The notes under the pieces are model-generated. The model saw only the letters and a list, made by a program, of their open reading frames with translations, searched no databases and was not told where the DNA came from. Shown one piece after another: positions 54,764-64,000 of a stretch of 64,000 nt of DNA (positions are counted from its first letter, which is position 1; the number at the start of each line of letters is the position of its first letter). The position numbers and the translations under genes were made by a program. This stretch comes from Patescibacteria group bacterium (GTDB taxonomy: Bacteria; Patescibacteriota; Patescibacteriia; PEXW01): the NCBI GenBank assembly GCA_038063455.1, contig JBBTVB010000001.1, positions 13,719 to 77,718 of the forward strand. Direction: 5' to 3'.

Positions 54764-55831
54764 ATGGACATTGTCCCCATAATTCTTACAGTTCTCGTGC
54801 TTATTGGCATTGGTTTGCTTTACGCCCGCATGGGCAAGGGCGGTGGTGGTGCTGACCCGCAAACCCAGGAAAAACTTATCCGCATGGAAGAGCGTTTGCA
54901 GCAGCTCAATGAGAAAAGCACCGAACAAACCCGCGTGCTGGACGCCAAGCTCGGGGAGTCAACCAAAGCCCTGCAGCAGCAGTTTGGCCAGTCCACCAAG
55001 ATCGTGCAGGATGTTACGGAGAAACTTACCAAACTGGATGAGACCAACCGGCAGGTGCTCAATTTTTCTGATCAGCTCCGCAACCTCCAAGACATCCTGC
55101 AAAACCCTAAGCAGCGCGGCATCCTCGGCGAGTACTTTTTAGATAGCTTACTCAAGAACGTTTTGCCCCCTGGTTCGTACCAAATGCAGTACAAGTTCAA
55201 AGATGGGGAGATTGTAGACGCGGTCGTCAAAATTAAAGACCGGCTGGTGCCTATCGACTCCAAGTTCAGTTTGGAGAACTACAACCGCATGGCCGACACG
55301 CACATGGAAAGCGAGAAGAAAATTTTGGAAAAAGCCTTTGTCAACGACCTCAAGGTGCGTATCCAAGAAACCGCCAAGTACATTCGGCCCAACGAAGACA
55401 CCATGGACTTTGCGTTCATGTTCATCCCGTCCGAAGCTATTTATTACGACCTGCTCGTCAACAAGGTCGGCGCACTGACCGAAGAAACTGAAAACCTGAT
55501 CCAGCGGGCGGCCAACAAGTATCACGTTATCATTGTGTCACCCACGTCTTTCCTAGCGTACTTGCAAACCGTGCTGGAAGGTTTGCGCGCCATGCAGATT
55601 GAAGAGTCGGCCAAAGAGATTCGAAAAAATGTGGAGCTGCTGGGCAAACACATTTCGGCGTATGATGCGTACATGCTCAAGCTCGGTAACAACTTGGGCA
55701 CAACCGTGAATGCCTACAACACAGCGTACAAAGAGTTTAAGAAGGTAGATAAAGACGTTTTCAAAATTGCGGACGTCGGCGGCAAGATTGAACCCCTGGA
55801 ACTCGAAAAGCCGAAATCAAACGAGTTATGA
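54764..55831 (+). CDS. rmuC: DNA recombination protein RmuC
   Basis: N-terminal TM helix, coiled coil, and a C-terminal nuclease-like FMFIPSEAIY block. TAGAAT lies 6 nt before the ATG. Confidence 0.9.
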   Translation: MDIVPIILTVLVLIGIGLLYARMGKGGGGADPQTQEKLIRMEERLQQLNEKSTEQTRVLDAKLGESTKALQQQFGQSTKIVQDVTEKLTKLDETNRQVLNFSDQLRNLQDILQNPKQRGILGEYFLDSLLKNVLPPGSYQMQYKFKDGEIVDAVVKIKDRLVPIDSKFSLENYNRMADTHMESEKKILEKAFVNDLKVRIQETAKYIRPNEDTMDFAFMFIPSEAIYYDLLVNKVGALTEETENLIQRAANKYHVIIVSPTSFLAYLQTVLEGLRAMQIEESAKEIRKNVELLGKHISAYDAYMLKLGNNLGTTVNAYNTAYKEFKKVDKDVFKIADVGGKIEPLELEKPKSNEL

Positions 55832-56037
55832 CTTTTGTAGAATTCCAAAAAGTTATTCATCAGCACGATTTTCTTATCGTCTGTTTGAATGATTACAAGC
55901 GAGAAGGAATCTTCTATACTTTTGTAGCTATTCAAAATAAACTTGGCCATGGTTATCATGCAGAAGGTCGTACGGATGTACTCTCGGATACTTTAGAAGA
56001 ATTAGTAGCGCAAATGCAGAAGTCGAAAGGGGAGTAA
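55828..56037 (+). CDS. hypothetical small protein (69 aa)
   Basis: ATGA overlap with the rmuC stop codon; AT-rich. Confidence 0.5.
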   Translation: MTFVEFQKVIHQHDFLIVCLNDYKREGIFYTFVAIQNKLGHGYHAEGRTDVLSDTLEELVAQMQKSKGE

Positions 56038-56043
56038 CCCTCT

Positions 56044-56133
56044 GTCATTCTGAGCGAGGTCTCCTGACCGAGCGAAGAATCTTGCGCTATTTCATTCCAG
56101 CATGATCCTTCGTCCTGATGGCCTCAGGATGAC
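56044..56133. repeat. MITE-like element, copy C (GTCATTCTGAG ... CTCAGGATGAC)
   Basis: Imperfect terminal inverted repeat of the same family; contains CCGAGCGAAGAATC. Confidence 0.6.
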
Positions 56134-56185
56134 AAATACTTGCCAAAAGTATTTTTTTGTGTTAGAATGTATTTATAAAATAAAT

Positions 56186-58432
56186 ATGCATACGTATTTA
56201 CGCAACACATTCGCTTGGTACCACAAGTGGCACGAAGATTGGGTCCATGGCCCCTCGCACTGGGCAATTTTTGCGTGCGCAGTTGTAACGGTCGTCGCGC
56301 TCGGTGTGTATGCAGTACAAACGGGTTCGCCAAGTATCGTCGAGACAGCACAGGCCCAGGTTGCAGCCTGCAGTAACCGCAGTCCTATAACCAGTGCATG
56401 TTCCTGCAACGGCGCAACCGTAAGCACGGGCTTTTGCTGCTACAACAAAGTGTACCCGGCTAACCAGAAGAGCATCGTGCACCAAACCACCCAGTGCGGG
56501 TACACCGAAGTCAGCCCGCACTTTCAAGGTTTGCAATCCAATTCGCACGGTAATATTTATTTTACCGGCGGTACGCAGCGTAAGAACAACCCGCCCGGTA
56601 CGCCCACACCGTATCCTGCCAGCTTTGCCGATGACCGCACCAATTGGGCGCGACACTATGATGTCATTATCAATGGCAACGACCAGCTGTACGACCTGAC
56701 GAAGCCGATTAACCCGAATATCCAGATGACCAAGTACATGACCGGCAACGAACTGGACTGTGTTTTAGAGAACCACACGTTGTGCGAGAAGTATGACTAC
56801 ATGCAAGCGCGTGCCACCGCCGATGGTATAAATTTTGAAGATCTTTTCTTACACTTCAAGAAGAACACCACTATCACTGCCAGTGGGCAAACGCGTGTTT
56901 TCCCCGGTTGGAACCCGGCGGACGACCAAGGCCAGTGTGGTGGCACGGCCAACGACGGGACAAATGACCGCATTGTCTCGTGCGGGCAAGCGGCGAGTGA
57001 TGCGAATGCCACAGCGCGTACGCGCTTCTTCGCGCGCGTCCCGTTTGGGTACGACGAGTACTGGCGTAACACCAGCGCGTCGCAGTACTACCCGCAAGAT
57101 TGGCGCTGGCGCGTGAATGGGAAAAATGCCAAGTACCAGCAGTACAATGCCGAATACTATGCGGATGCCGTGCGCAGCAGCAACACCGGTGGGCGTGACT
57201 ACAGCGGCATTTTCGTGGACAACATGGGCCGCAGCCCGTATGGCTCCAAAACCGATCCCGTCCTAGAAAATGGCAACACGCACGAACTGGTTTCGGTGTT
57301 TAACACCTACAGCAATAGCAGCAACTACACCAACGACTGGTACGATAATCACATTTTGCCGACGCTGCAGGCGGCAAAAGCCAGCTTGAATGCCATTGGC
57401 AAAAAACTGTACATCAACGCCATCACTGCCGAATACTGGTACCCAAACTTTTTGAACGGTGCCGATGCCTTTGTTCGCGAGTGGGTCATTAAAGCGAAGT
57501 CCACCAACACTACCACGGTCGGTCGCTTCCTGAACGATTTGTGGCCGCAGGTACAAGCGAGCCGGGCGCAAAGCAAAGAGCAGCACTTTAATTTCACCAT
57601 GGAAACGTCGTGGGACGATGGTGGTAGTGGTGGATGTTTTCAGGGCTATACCTTGGACCAAGAAAAAATGTGGAGCTTGGGCACGTACCATTTGCTCCGC
57701 TACCCGGGATTGCATTTTTATCCGGGCTGGAAAACCTGGACTGGCTACTACTTTGGCGCCATGGCAACAGATTTAGGCGACCCCGTGGGCGATTGGTTTG
57801 AGTGGAAAACCGGCCTCAAAGATAGTGCCGACCAAGGGACGCGTACGCACAAAATTTATCGACGCAATTTTGCCAAGGGTACAGTCTTCGTGCGCTTCTA
57901 TGAAGGGCCCGAAGGCTACTGTCCAACGGCGAATTTTACGGCCACCCCGGCCACTGCCGCATTTGATGCGGCAGACTTGACCAAAGATTACCGCAAGGTG
58001 AATGTAGACGGTACGCTCTCGAGCTTGCCGGCCAACGTATCCTTGGGTACGGCCCAAGCACTTGTTTTGGTGCAGGCCGCCAGCGGCCCGTCGGCCGACA
58101 CCACAGCCCCAACGGTGACGGTGTCTTCACCGGCAGCCGGCGCAACCGTAAGCGGCACGGTAACCCTGGCAGCGAATGCCTTGGATAACGTCGGGGTGGT
58201 TGGCGTGCAATTTAAAGTGGATGGTGCAAATGTTGGCGCCGAAGATACAACTAGTGGTTATGCCGTAAGTTGGAATGCAGCCAGTGTGAGCTCGGGTTCG
58301 CACGTCATTACTGCAGTGGCCCGCGATGCCGCCGGCAACACCACAACTTCAGCTAGCGTCACGGTGACGGTCAACAACGTGCCCACAGACAGCACGGCCC
58401 CGGGCCAGGTGATAGACTTGCGGTTGCAGTAG
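56186..58432 (+). CDS. membrane-anchored extracellular protein: putative glycosyl-hydrolase-like central domain plus C-terminal bacterial Ig-like domains
   Basis: TM helix after the start. The IFVDNMG block recalls GHL-type TIM barrels (weak). The C-terminal APTVTVSSPAAGATVSGTVTL...HVITAVARDAAGNTT is an Ig-like domain. Confidence 0.75.
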   Translation: MHTYLRNTFAWYHKWHEDWVHGPSHWAIFACAVVTVVALGVYAVQTGSPSIVETAQAQVAACSNRSPITSACSCNGATVSTGFCCYNKVYPANQKSIVHQTTQCGYTEVSPHFQGLQSNSHGNIYFTGGTQRKNNPPGTPTPYPASFADDRTNWARHYDVIINGNDQLYDLTKPINPNIQMTKYMTGNELDCVLENHTLCEKYDYMQARATADGINFEDLFLHFKKNTTITASGQTRVFPGWNPADDQGQCGGTANDGTNDRIVSCGQAASDANATARTRFFARVPFGYDEYWRNTSASQYYPQDWRWRVNGKNAKYQQYNAEYYADAVRSSNTGGRDYSGIFVDNMGRSPYGSKTDPVLENGNTHELVSVFNTYSNSSNYTNDWYDNHILPTLQAAKASLNAIGKKLYINAITAEYWYPNFLNGADAFVREWVIKAKSTNTTTVGRFLNDLWPQVQASRAQSKEQHFNFTMETSWDDGGSGGCFQGYTLDQEKMWSLGTYHLLRYPGLHFYPGWKTWTGYYFGAMATDLGDPVGDWFEWKTGLKDSADQGTRTHKIYRRNFAKGTVFVRFYEGPEGYCPTANFTATPATAAFDAADLTKDYRKVNVDGTLSSLPANVSLGTAQALVLVQAASGPSADTTAPTVTVSSPAAGATVSGTVTLAANALDNVGVVGVQFKVDGANVGAEDTTSGYAVSWNAASVSSGSHVITAVARDAAGNTTTSASVTVTVNNVPTDSTAPGQVIDLRLQ

Positions 58433-58491
58433 GCGGCCCCCACCTTGGTACAGGTTTCCACTAGCTGTCTATATCTTTAATCTTCGGCCCT

Positions 58492-58677
58492 ATGTTCGAC
58501 CTTAATATCACCAAGCGCAGCGGTGAAGTAGTGTACGGCCTAGGTTTCGTCGGCGCGGTCATTTACTACATTTCCGTGGCCAATGGTTTTTGGGAAGGTG
58601 TGCTTGGCATTTTGCAAGCTATTGTCTGGCCCGTATTCTTTGTGTACGAAGCCTTGCAATTTTTTTACACCCGCTAA
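58492..58677 (+). CDS. small 2-TM membrane protein (61 aa)
   Basis: Hydrophobic ORF between two genes on the same strand. Confidence 0.5.
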   Translation: MFDLNITKRSGEVVYGLGFVGAVIYYISVANGFWEGVLGILQAIVWPVFFVYEALQFFYTR

Positions 58678-58695
58678 TTTTTTATCCTGACGCAT

Positions 58696-59316
58696 ATGGA
58701 AACTAAAACGGTTGATGTTGGCAAAGCCTTCCGGTACGGTTGGGAAACGCTGAAGAAAGATTTCTGGTATTTCATTGGCATCTCGGTGCTATATGTGGTT
58801 ATAACGAGCGTGCCGAATGCAGGGGACAATGATAGTGGCTTGGGTATTCTGGGCATCTTCATTGGCGCCTGGCTCACTGGCGGTTTGTACCGTATCTTGC
58901 TCGATTATCACGTTGGCAAGAAGCAGGAGTTCACCGTGCTCTTCACGCAGCTTAAGCATTTTTGGCGCATCCTGTTAGGTACGCTGTTACTGCTCCTCAT
59001 CATTGCCGGCGGGCTCATTCTGCTTATCGTGCCGGGCATTATCTGGGCGCTCAAGTACCAGTTCACCATAATGCTCATTGTGGACAAGGACATGCAGATT
59101 ATGGATGCCCTGCGCGCGAGCGGGGAGATGACCAAGGGCATCAAATGGCCGCTTTTCGTCTTTGGCCTGGCCGCCTTGGGCGCTCTCGCCCTCGGGCTCA
59201 TTGCGTTGGGCGTCGGCGTATTCGTTGCTGTCCCGGTTATCTGGCTGGCCTACGTCTACGTGTACCGCAACTTGCCCAGCCCGAGTGCAACCCCGGCAGT
59301 CGCGGCAAAGAGCTAG
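58696..59316 (+). CDS. integral membrane protein (206 aa, 4-5 TM)
   Basis: TATCCT lies 7 nt before the ATG. Terminator at 59335-59357. Confidence 0.7.
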   Translation: METKTVDVGKAFRYGWETLKKDFWYFIGISVLYVVITSVPNAGDNDSGLGILGIFIGAWLTGGLYRILLDYHVGKKQEFTVLFTQLKHFWRILLGTLLLLLIIAGGLILLIVPGIIWALKYQFTIMLIVDKDMQIMDALRASGEMTKGIKWPLFVFGLAALGALALGLIALGVGVFVAVPVIWLAYVYVYRNLPSPSATPAVAAKS

Positions 59317-59334
59317 ACACTTGTACTATCCGCA

Positions 59335-59357
59335 AAACCCGCCGCAGTGCGGGTTTT
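59335..59357 (+). terminator. intrinsic terminator
   Basis: AAACCCGC / GCGGGTTT stem followed by T. Confidence 0.75.
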
Positions 59358-59463
59358 GCATTTACTACCAACCCGGGAAGAGGGGTGGGGAATGAAACAA
59401 AAAGGTGGCTTGTTCTAATGTCTTTTAGGGTATAAGATCGAGGCGCGTTTTATTGTCATTTTT

Positions 59464-61251
59464 ATGAAAATTGTTGAGATAAAAATTGATGGTTTTCGGG
59501 GTTTTAGTAATTTTTCGGTCACATCCGGTGATACCGGAGGATTTATAGTACTGGCCGGAAACAATGGCACAGGCAAATCGACTATTTTGGAAATTGCAGA
59601 GAGTTTAATTAATGGAAGAGCACATACAAATTTTAATGTTGAAGTACTTTCGGGCATTACAAAGGAAAAGACAGATTGGGAGGTTACTGTGGAGTTTAGC
59701 GATGATGATTTAGAATATCTTGCAAAATACTTGACCAGAACACAGCCCCAAACATTCTCAAATAGTTGGGAGTCTTTATTGCTATCTATGAAAAGTGATT
59801 TAAAAAATGAACATGGCAAACATTTTTCTACTATTTCTCTCAGCGTAAATAAGAATTTTCCGATTGGCAGGTCCGGGTTGACCCTTAACTATAATGGCAA
59901 TCCGAATGTTGTGCCACAGTGGTATTCAACTCTTGGCAGCTCTAATTTTTTTGCTGTTTATCTTAGATCCCACCAACAAATACAAGAAACTAACTTAACG
60001 ATTTTTAACGCTTCGGAAGATCAAAACACTCTTTCTCAAGTCGTAGGAGGCGAGAAAAGTCTTAGCCAACGTACTGCAATAGCCACAATTCAATTAGGAC
60101 AGATTCTCTCGCAACTAACTCTTAGTGAGATTTGGAATAATTATCGGTCAAATGGTGGTTCGTTTACGACAGTAAAAGAAGTCCTCGACCCTATAAATGA
60201 AGTCATTGAACCACTTGAGATGACATTCCAGGACGAGGGCTTACAAACGGGAAATATATTTTTTGTAATCCGAAACAAGAAAAGTGGTAAACAGTACTCA
60301 TTAAACTACGCGAGTTCTGGCGAAAGACACGTAATTGCTTTGGCGGCCACACTAATACAGTGGCAAAGACAAAAATTTAAAAGCATTATCTTAATTGATG
60401 AACCAGAAATTCATTTACACCCTGATTATATCTCGAAACTTGGCGCCTTGTTCTCAAAAGTTTTTGGTCCAGAAAATAGTTATACATGTATGGTAGCCAC
60501 ACATTCACCAGACTTTATTGCAACAAATCCAGACAGGGTCTTTCAAATTTCCGTAGACTCAAAGACAATTGTCCCAGTAGAAAACCTTCCGCAAAGAGTT
60601 GCTCTATTTGAAGCCCTAGGAAAAAAGTTCGATCTCTCATTTCTTATTAAAAGGATTGTTTGGGTTGAAGGTGTAACATCACCGAGTAAAGATCACCTAC
60701 AAGATCATGAGGTTTATCAATACTTGATTGACCCGAATAAAGTCACGACAGTGTTTTTACCAGCTGGTGTAGACCCCTCAAGAGACGGAAGTAAGGAAGG
60801 CGTACGCGCGGCAATGAAAGGTTCGAGCATCTTTTTAGAGTTTATTAAGTCAGTTTCAAGTATTGATAGTGGGCTAAATATTATAGCCTTGGTTGATAAA
60901 GATGATGATAAAGGTGCAATAAAGTCGCTGACAATAAAATATACACCTTTTACAAATTTAGAGAATATATTTTTATTGGATTTTCAAGCAGTAGCTGAAG
61001 CTGCGAGTTTAGAAGGAAAGAAACAATATACGCCCATTGAAATATCAAAAATTCTTGATAATATTACTGGTCAAACTTCAACTCAAACTATGAGCGTAAA
61101 TGGCAAGAAAGTGTTTGATAGTTTATATGGCACACTATTTACAATCCCAGATATTTCGCATAAAGAATTCCAAGAGCGTATCTTAAAAAAGATTTTAGTT
61201 GAAAGACTGCCACAAGAAGTTAAAGATTTGTTTGCTGAACTACGCGCATAA
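59464..61251 (+). CDS. ABC/SMC-like ATPase fused to a Toprim/DUF4435-like domain (OLD / PARIS-merge / AbiL-like defence candidate)
   Basis: Walker A GNNGTGKST, signature-like SSGER, Walker B IILIDEPEIHLHP, and THSPDF. C-terminal VWVEGVTS...ALVDKDDD (Toprim Glu and DxD). Strongly AT-rich by eye. Confidence 0.8.
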   Translation: MKIVEIKIDGFRGFSNFSVTSGDTGGFIVLAGNNGTGKSTILEIAESLINGRAHTNFNVEVLSGITKEKTDWEVTVEFSDDDLEYLAKYLTRTQPQTFSNSWESLLLSMKSDLKNEHGKHFSTISLSVNKNFPIGRSGLTLNYNGNPNVVPQWYSTLGSSNFFAVYLRSHQQIQETNLTIFNASEDQNTLSQVVGGEKSLSQRTAIATIQLGQILSQLTLSEIWNNYRSNGGSFTTVKEVLDPINEVIEPLEMTFQDEGLQTGNIFFVIRNKKSGKQYSLNYASSGERHVIALAATLIQWQRQKFKSIILIDEPEIHLHPDYISKLGALFSKVFGPENSYTCMVATHSPDFIATNPDRVFQISVDSKTIVPVENLPQRVALFEALGKKFDLSFLIKRIVWVEGVTSPSKDHLQDHEVYQYLIDPNKVTTVFLPAGVDPSRDGSKEGVRAAMKGSSIFLEFIKSVSSIDSGLNIIALVDKDDDKGAIKSLTIKYTPFTNLENIFLLDFQAVAEAASLEGKKQYTPIEISKILDNITGQTSTQTMSVNGKKVFDSLYGTLFTIPDISHKEFQERILKKILVERLPQEVKDLFAELRA

Positions 61252-61278
61252 AAATTTTGGCATCCCTCATCCTGCCTG

Positions 61279-61345
61279 GTAGACTAGGGGCATGACCCTT
61301 CTGCCCCGCACCAGTCGTCCCGCGGGGCGGGACTCCGGTGCGGGA
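61279..61345 (+). repeat. GTAG-type REP (61279-61307) overlapping a CACCAGTCG...CTCCGGTG palindrome (61304-61345)
   Basis: GTAGACTAGGGGCATGACCCTTCTGCCCC, then CCCCGCACCAGTCGTCCCGCGGGGCGGGACTCCGGTGCGGG. Relatives at 37898 and at 32607/32871. Confidence 0.65.
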
Positions 61346-61438
61346 TGTTGCGCCGCGAATTAGGGGTAATTTTTAATGCGGCACTCCACCATCTTGGGCT
61401 GTTTTGTTGCATTCATGCTAGTGCGATAGACTGTAGCC

Positions 61439-64000
61439 ATGACTCTTTTGCCATCCTTAAATGAAGCTCAAAAACAGGCGGTTACGCATGCGGCCGGGCC
61501 GCTATTGATAGTTGCTGGCGCGGGGACGGGCAAAACTACGGTCGTCACCCAGCGCATTGCCTGGCTTATTGCTGAGCAGAAGATTAAGCCGGACCATATC
61601 CTGGCCCTCACCTTTACGGACAAGGCTGCCGGGGAGCTGGAAGAGCGCGTAGACAAGTTGCTGCCCATGGGCTATGTGGACTTGTGGGTAAGCACGTTTC
61701 ACAGTTTTTGCGAGCGCATTTTGCGGGACCACGCCCTAGATATTGGCCTCACACCGGACTTCACTTTGTTGGACGAAACCGACCAGGCAATTTTGATGCG
61801 CGAGAATTTGGAGAAGTTTGAGCTCAACTACTACCGGCCGCTCGGGAATCCAACGAAGTTTGTTTCGAGTCTGATTAAACATTTCTCGCGCTGCAAAGAT
61901 GAGGCTATTCGGCCGGAAGAGTACATTGAATTTGCAAAGAATTTACAATTGGATCAGGACGCGGACCCCGCAATGCACAAAGGTAAAAAGCGTGTGCGGG
62001 GTGCGACTCCAGACAAAGCTGAAAGCGGGGAAGAGCAAGACGCACTGGAGTCGCAACGCATCAACGAAATTGCGAATGCCTACCATACCTACCAACAGCT
62101 CCTTTTTGAAAAAGGTGCGTTAGACTTTGGCGATCTTATTACCCAAGCTTTGTACCTGTTCCAACAGCGGCCGAAGATTTTAGAGCGCTACCGCAAGCAG
62201 TTTGAGTACATTCTGGTAGACGAGTTCCAAGACACCAACTGGGCGCAGTATGAATTGGTGAAGCTACTCGCCAGCCCGCAGAACAATTTGACCGTGGTGG
62301 GGGATGACGACCAGAGCATTTACAAGTTCCGCGGGGCCAGCGTGGCCAATATTCTGGCATTCAAGGCGGACTTTCCAAAAGCCGCGGAGGTTGTGCTCAC
62401 GGAAAACTATCGCTCCACGCAAAATATTTTGGACCTGGCGTACGCATTTATCCAGGCGAATAATCCGAACCGGCTGGAGGTGCAATTGGGGAGCAGTAAA
62501 GCTGTAAAGCCAGAGAGCCGTAAGGGCAAGAAGGGCTCTAAAGCTTTACCGCTCTATAGCTCTACGGCTATCAGTAAAAAACTTGTTGCTCAAGAGAAAG
62601 GCGCTGGAACCATAGAGTATTCCGTCGCACCGATCCTGGAACAAGAAGCGACGGGCGTAGTGGAAAAAATTATCGAGCTCAAGAAAAAGAAAGGCACGTC
62701 GTACAACGACTTTGCCATTCTGGTGCGCGCTAATGATTCGGCCCAACCGTTCTTGCAGCGTCTACGCGCCGCGGACGTTCCGTTCCAGTTTGTGGCCACG
62801 GCGGGCCTATACCGCCAGCCGATTGTGCTGGACATTCTCAACTACCTCAAGCTGCTGGATAACTTCCACGAGAGTGCCAGCCTGTACCGCATTCTCACTT
62901 TGCCTTCGCTCGGCATTCCGCTGCAGGATGTAATGACCATGATGGCCACGGCGCGACGGGAGACGAAGTCGTTGTTTGAAGTGTCTAAGAATATCCGGGC
63001 TTTACCTGGTATGAAGCCGGAAACCATTACCGCCGTGGAAAAATTGCATGGCTGGCTGGAGGCGCACGGACAACTGGCCCGCACGCAGCCGGTGGGGGAA
63101 GTCGCCCTCAAATTTTTGGAAGACTCGGGTTTGATGAAGCAGCTTACCAGCTCTACGGATGCCGACCATTTGGAAGTGGTCAACTACATGAACCAGCTCT
63201 TCCAGGTGTTTCAAGGTTTCCAAACGCGGCACGACGATCCGACCGTGACGAATTTCTTGCACGAGTTGGCGTTTGCCCAGGACGCTGGGGACAGCGGCAG
63301 TCTGCGGCCGCCGGAGTGGGAGCAGGGGCCGGAGGCGGTAAAGGTAATGACCATTCACAGTGCCAAAGGCTTGGAGTTTCCGTACGTGTTTATTGCGAAC
63401 CTCGTTGATAAACGTTTCCCAACAATAGAGCGGCGCGACGCCATTGCACTGCCAGACGCCCTAGTGCGCGAAAAGCTGCCTGAAGGGGACTGGCACTTGC
63501 AGGAAGAGCGGCGGCTCATGTACGTAGCAATTACCCGCGCCAAGCAAGGCGTGTTCTTCACGGCGGCCGAGGACTATGGCGGTGCACGCAAGAAAAAACC
63601 TTCGCGGTTTATTGAAGAGCTTGGACTCAAAGCCAAACCCTTCAAGCTCAAAGGGGGATTGCTCGATAGGCCGAAAGCTCCGGCTCGTGAAGAGAACGAT
63701 GCGGATGTACTCCGCAAAGCCCTGCCGCCGTATTTCAGCTTCACGCAGCTGAAGGCGTTTGAAAAATGCCCAAAGCAGTATGCGTTCGCGCACTTGCTCA
63801 AAATTCCCGTGCCTGGCCAGGCGACGTTGAGTTTTGGCCAGACCGTTCATAACACTTTGCTCAACTTCTACAAGCTGGCGCGGGAGCGGGGGAGTGCGGG
63901 GCAAGCCGATTTGTTCAGGAAGAAAGATACGGTCACTGTTGGCCCACTGGTGACGTGGTCAGATTTAATCACGATTTACCAAGCCGCGTGGATAGACCAG
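61439..64000 (+). CDS. UvrD/PcrA/AddA-type DNA helicase with the start of a C-terminal PD-(D/E)XK nuclease-like region (3' partial)
   Basis: Missing from the ORF track because it has no stop in the window. I translated AGAGTGKTT (Walker A), VGDDDQSIYKFRGA, TIHSAKGLEF, MYVAITRAK, and later FTQLKAFEKCPKQYAF. The frame is open through 64000. Confidence 0.9.
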   Translation, partial: MTLLPSLNEAQKQAVTHAAGPLLIVAGAGTGKTTVVTQRIAWLIAEQKIKPDHILALTFTDKAAGELEERVDKLLPMGYVDLWVSTFHSFCERILRDHALDIGLTPDFTLLDETDQAILMRENLEKFELNYYRPLGNPTKFVSSLIKHFSRCKDEAIRPEEYIEFAKNLQLDQDADPAMHKGKKRVRGATPDKAESGEEQDALESQRINEIANAYHTYQQLLFEKGALDFGDLITQALYLFQQRPKILERYRKQFEYILVDEFQDTNWAQYELVKLLASPQNNLTVVGDDDQSIYKFRGASVANILAFKADFPKAAEVVLTENYRSTQNILDLAYAFIQANNPNRLEVQLGSSKAVKPESRKGKKGSKALPLYSSTAISKKLVAQEKGAGTIEYSVAPILEQEATGVVEKIIELKKKKGTSYNDFAILVRANDSAQPFLQRLRAADVPFQFVATAGLYRQPIVLDILNYLKLLDNFHESASLYRILTLPSLGIPLQDVMTMMATARRETKSLFEVSKNIRALPGMKPETITAVEKLHGWLEAHGQLARTQPVGEVALKFLEDSGLMKQLTSSTDADHLEVVNYMNQLFQVFQGFQTRHDDPTVTNFLHELAFAQDAGDSGSLRPPEWEQGPEAVKVMTIHSAKGLEFPYVFIANLVDKRFPTIERRDAIALPDALVREKLPEGDWHLQEERRLMYVAITRAKQGVFFTAAEDYGGARKKKPSRFIEELGLKAKPFKLKGGLLDRPKAPAREENDADVLRKALPPYFSFTQLKAFEKCPKQYAFAHLLKIPVPGQATLSFGQTVHNTLLNFYKLARERGSAGQADLFRKKDTVTVGPLVTWSDLITIYQAAWIDQ

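Noticed and set aside
59464-64000. The ATPase-Toprim gene followed by a UvrD-family helicase looked like a two-gene Gabija (GajA-GajB) system.
   Set aside because: The helicase is over 850 aa. It has host-like high GC and an AddA-type nuclease tail, and it is separated from the ATPase by 187 bp containing REP elements. It looks like the housekeeping repair helicase. The AT-rich ATPase gene appears to be an independent insertion. I cannot exclude functional cooperation, but the operon reading is unsupported.

Overview
This 64-kb chromosomal fragment comes from a small-genome, probably uncultivated bacterium. Placement as Patescibacteria/CPR-like is my inference from gene content and style, not a computed result. 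The high-GC core genes are dgkA, ftsA-ftsZ, nrdR-nrdJ (class II B12-dependent RNR), cobO/btuR, a polysaccharide deacetylase, htrA, prfB (+1 frameshift), split comEC, yfhO-like and arnT-like glycosyltransferases, tRNA-Asp, infC-rpmI-rplT, ssrA (tmRNA)-smpB, argS, a GT4 glycosyltransferase, ileS, recO, a membrane-anchored Clp-type AAA+ ATPase, an aberrant tRNA-Arg-like gene, glyQS, tatD, rmuC and a UvrD/AddA-like helicase-nuclease that runs off the 3' edge. Between them sit AT-richer islets (judged by eye, not computed) encoding orphan proteins, a RAYT transposase with GTAG-type REPs, and an ABC-ATPase/Toprim fusion. At least three short-repeat families are present. Seven items deserve a second look. 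(1) The tRNA-Asp locus is surrounded by nested partial copies of itself and a perfect 2x112-bp tandem repeat whose units end in the tRNA 3' terminus. (2) A candidate cobalamin riboswitch sits in front of a DUF4430-like gene and a membrane-protein gene, and together with cobO and nrdJ this forms a B12-salvage neighbourhood. (3) IleRS carries an apparently intact histidine-phosphatase domain inserted in its catalytic core. (4) A conserved 39-nt module lies exactly upstream of three start codons and once inside the helicase ORF; more generally, -10 hexamers sit 6 nt before the ATG of core genes while islet genes carry GGAGG sites. (5) A tRNA-Arg(CCG)-like gene has a 16-nt anticodon loop. (6) A paralogous 'RFLAVR-tail' protein family is present, including a copy with no stop codon before its terminator. 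(7) A PARIS/OLD-like single-gene defence candidate lies next to the helicase. All functional calls rest on motifs I recognise by eye; no searches were run.
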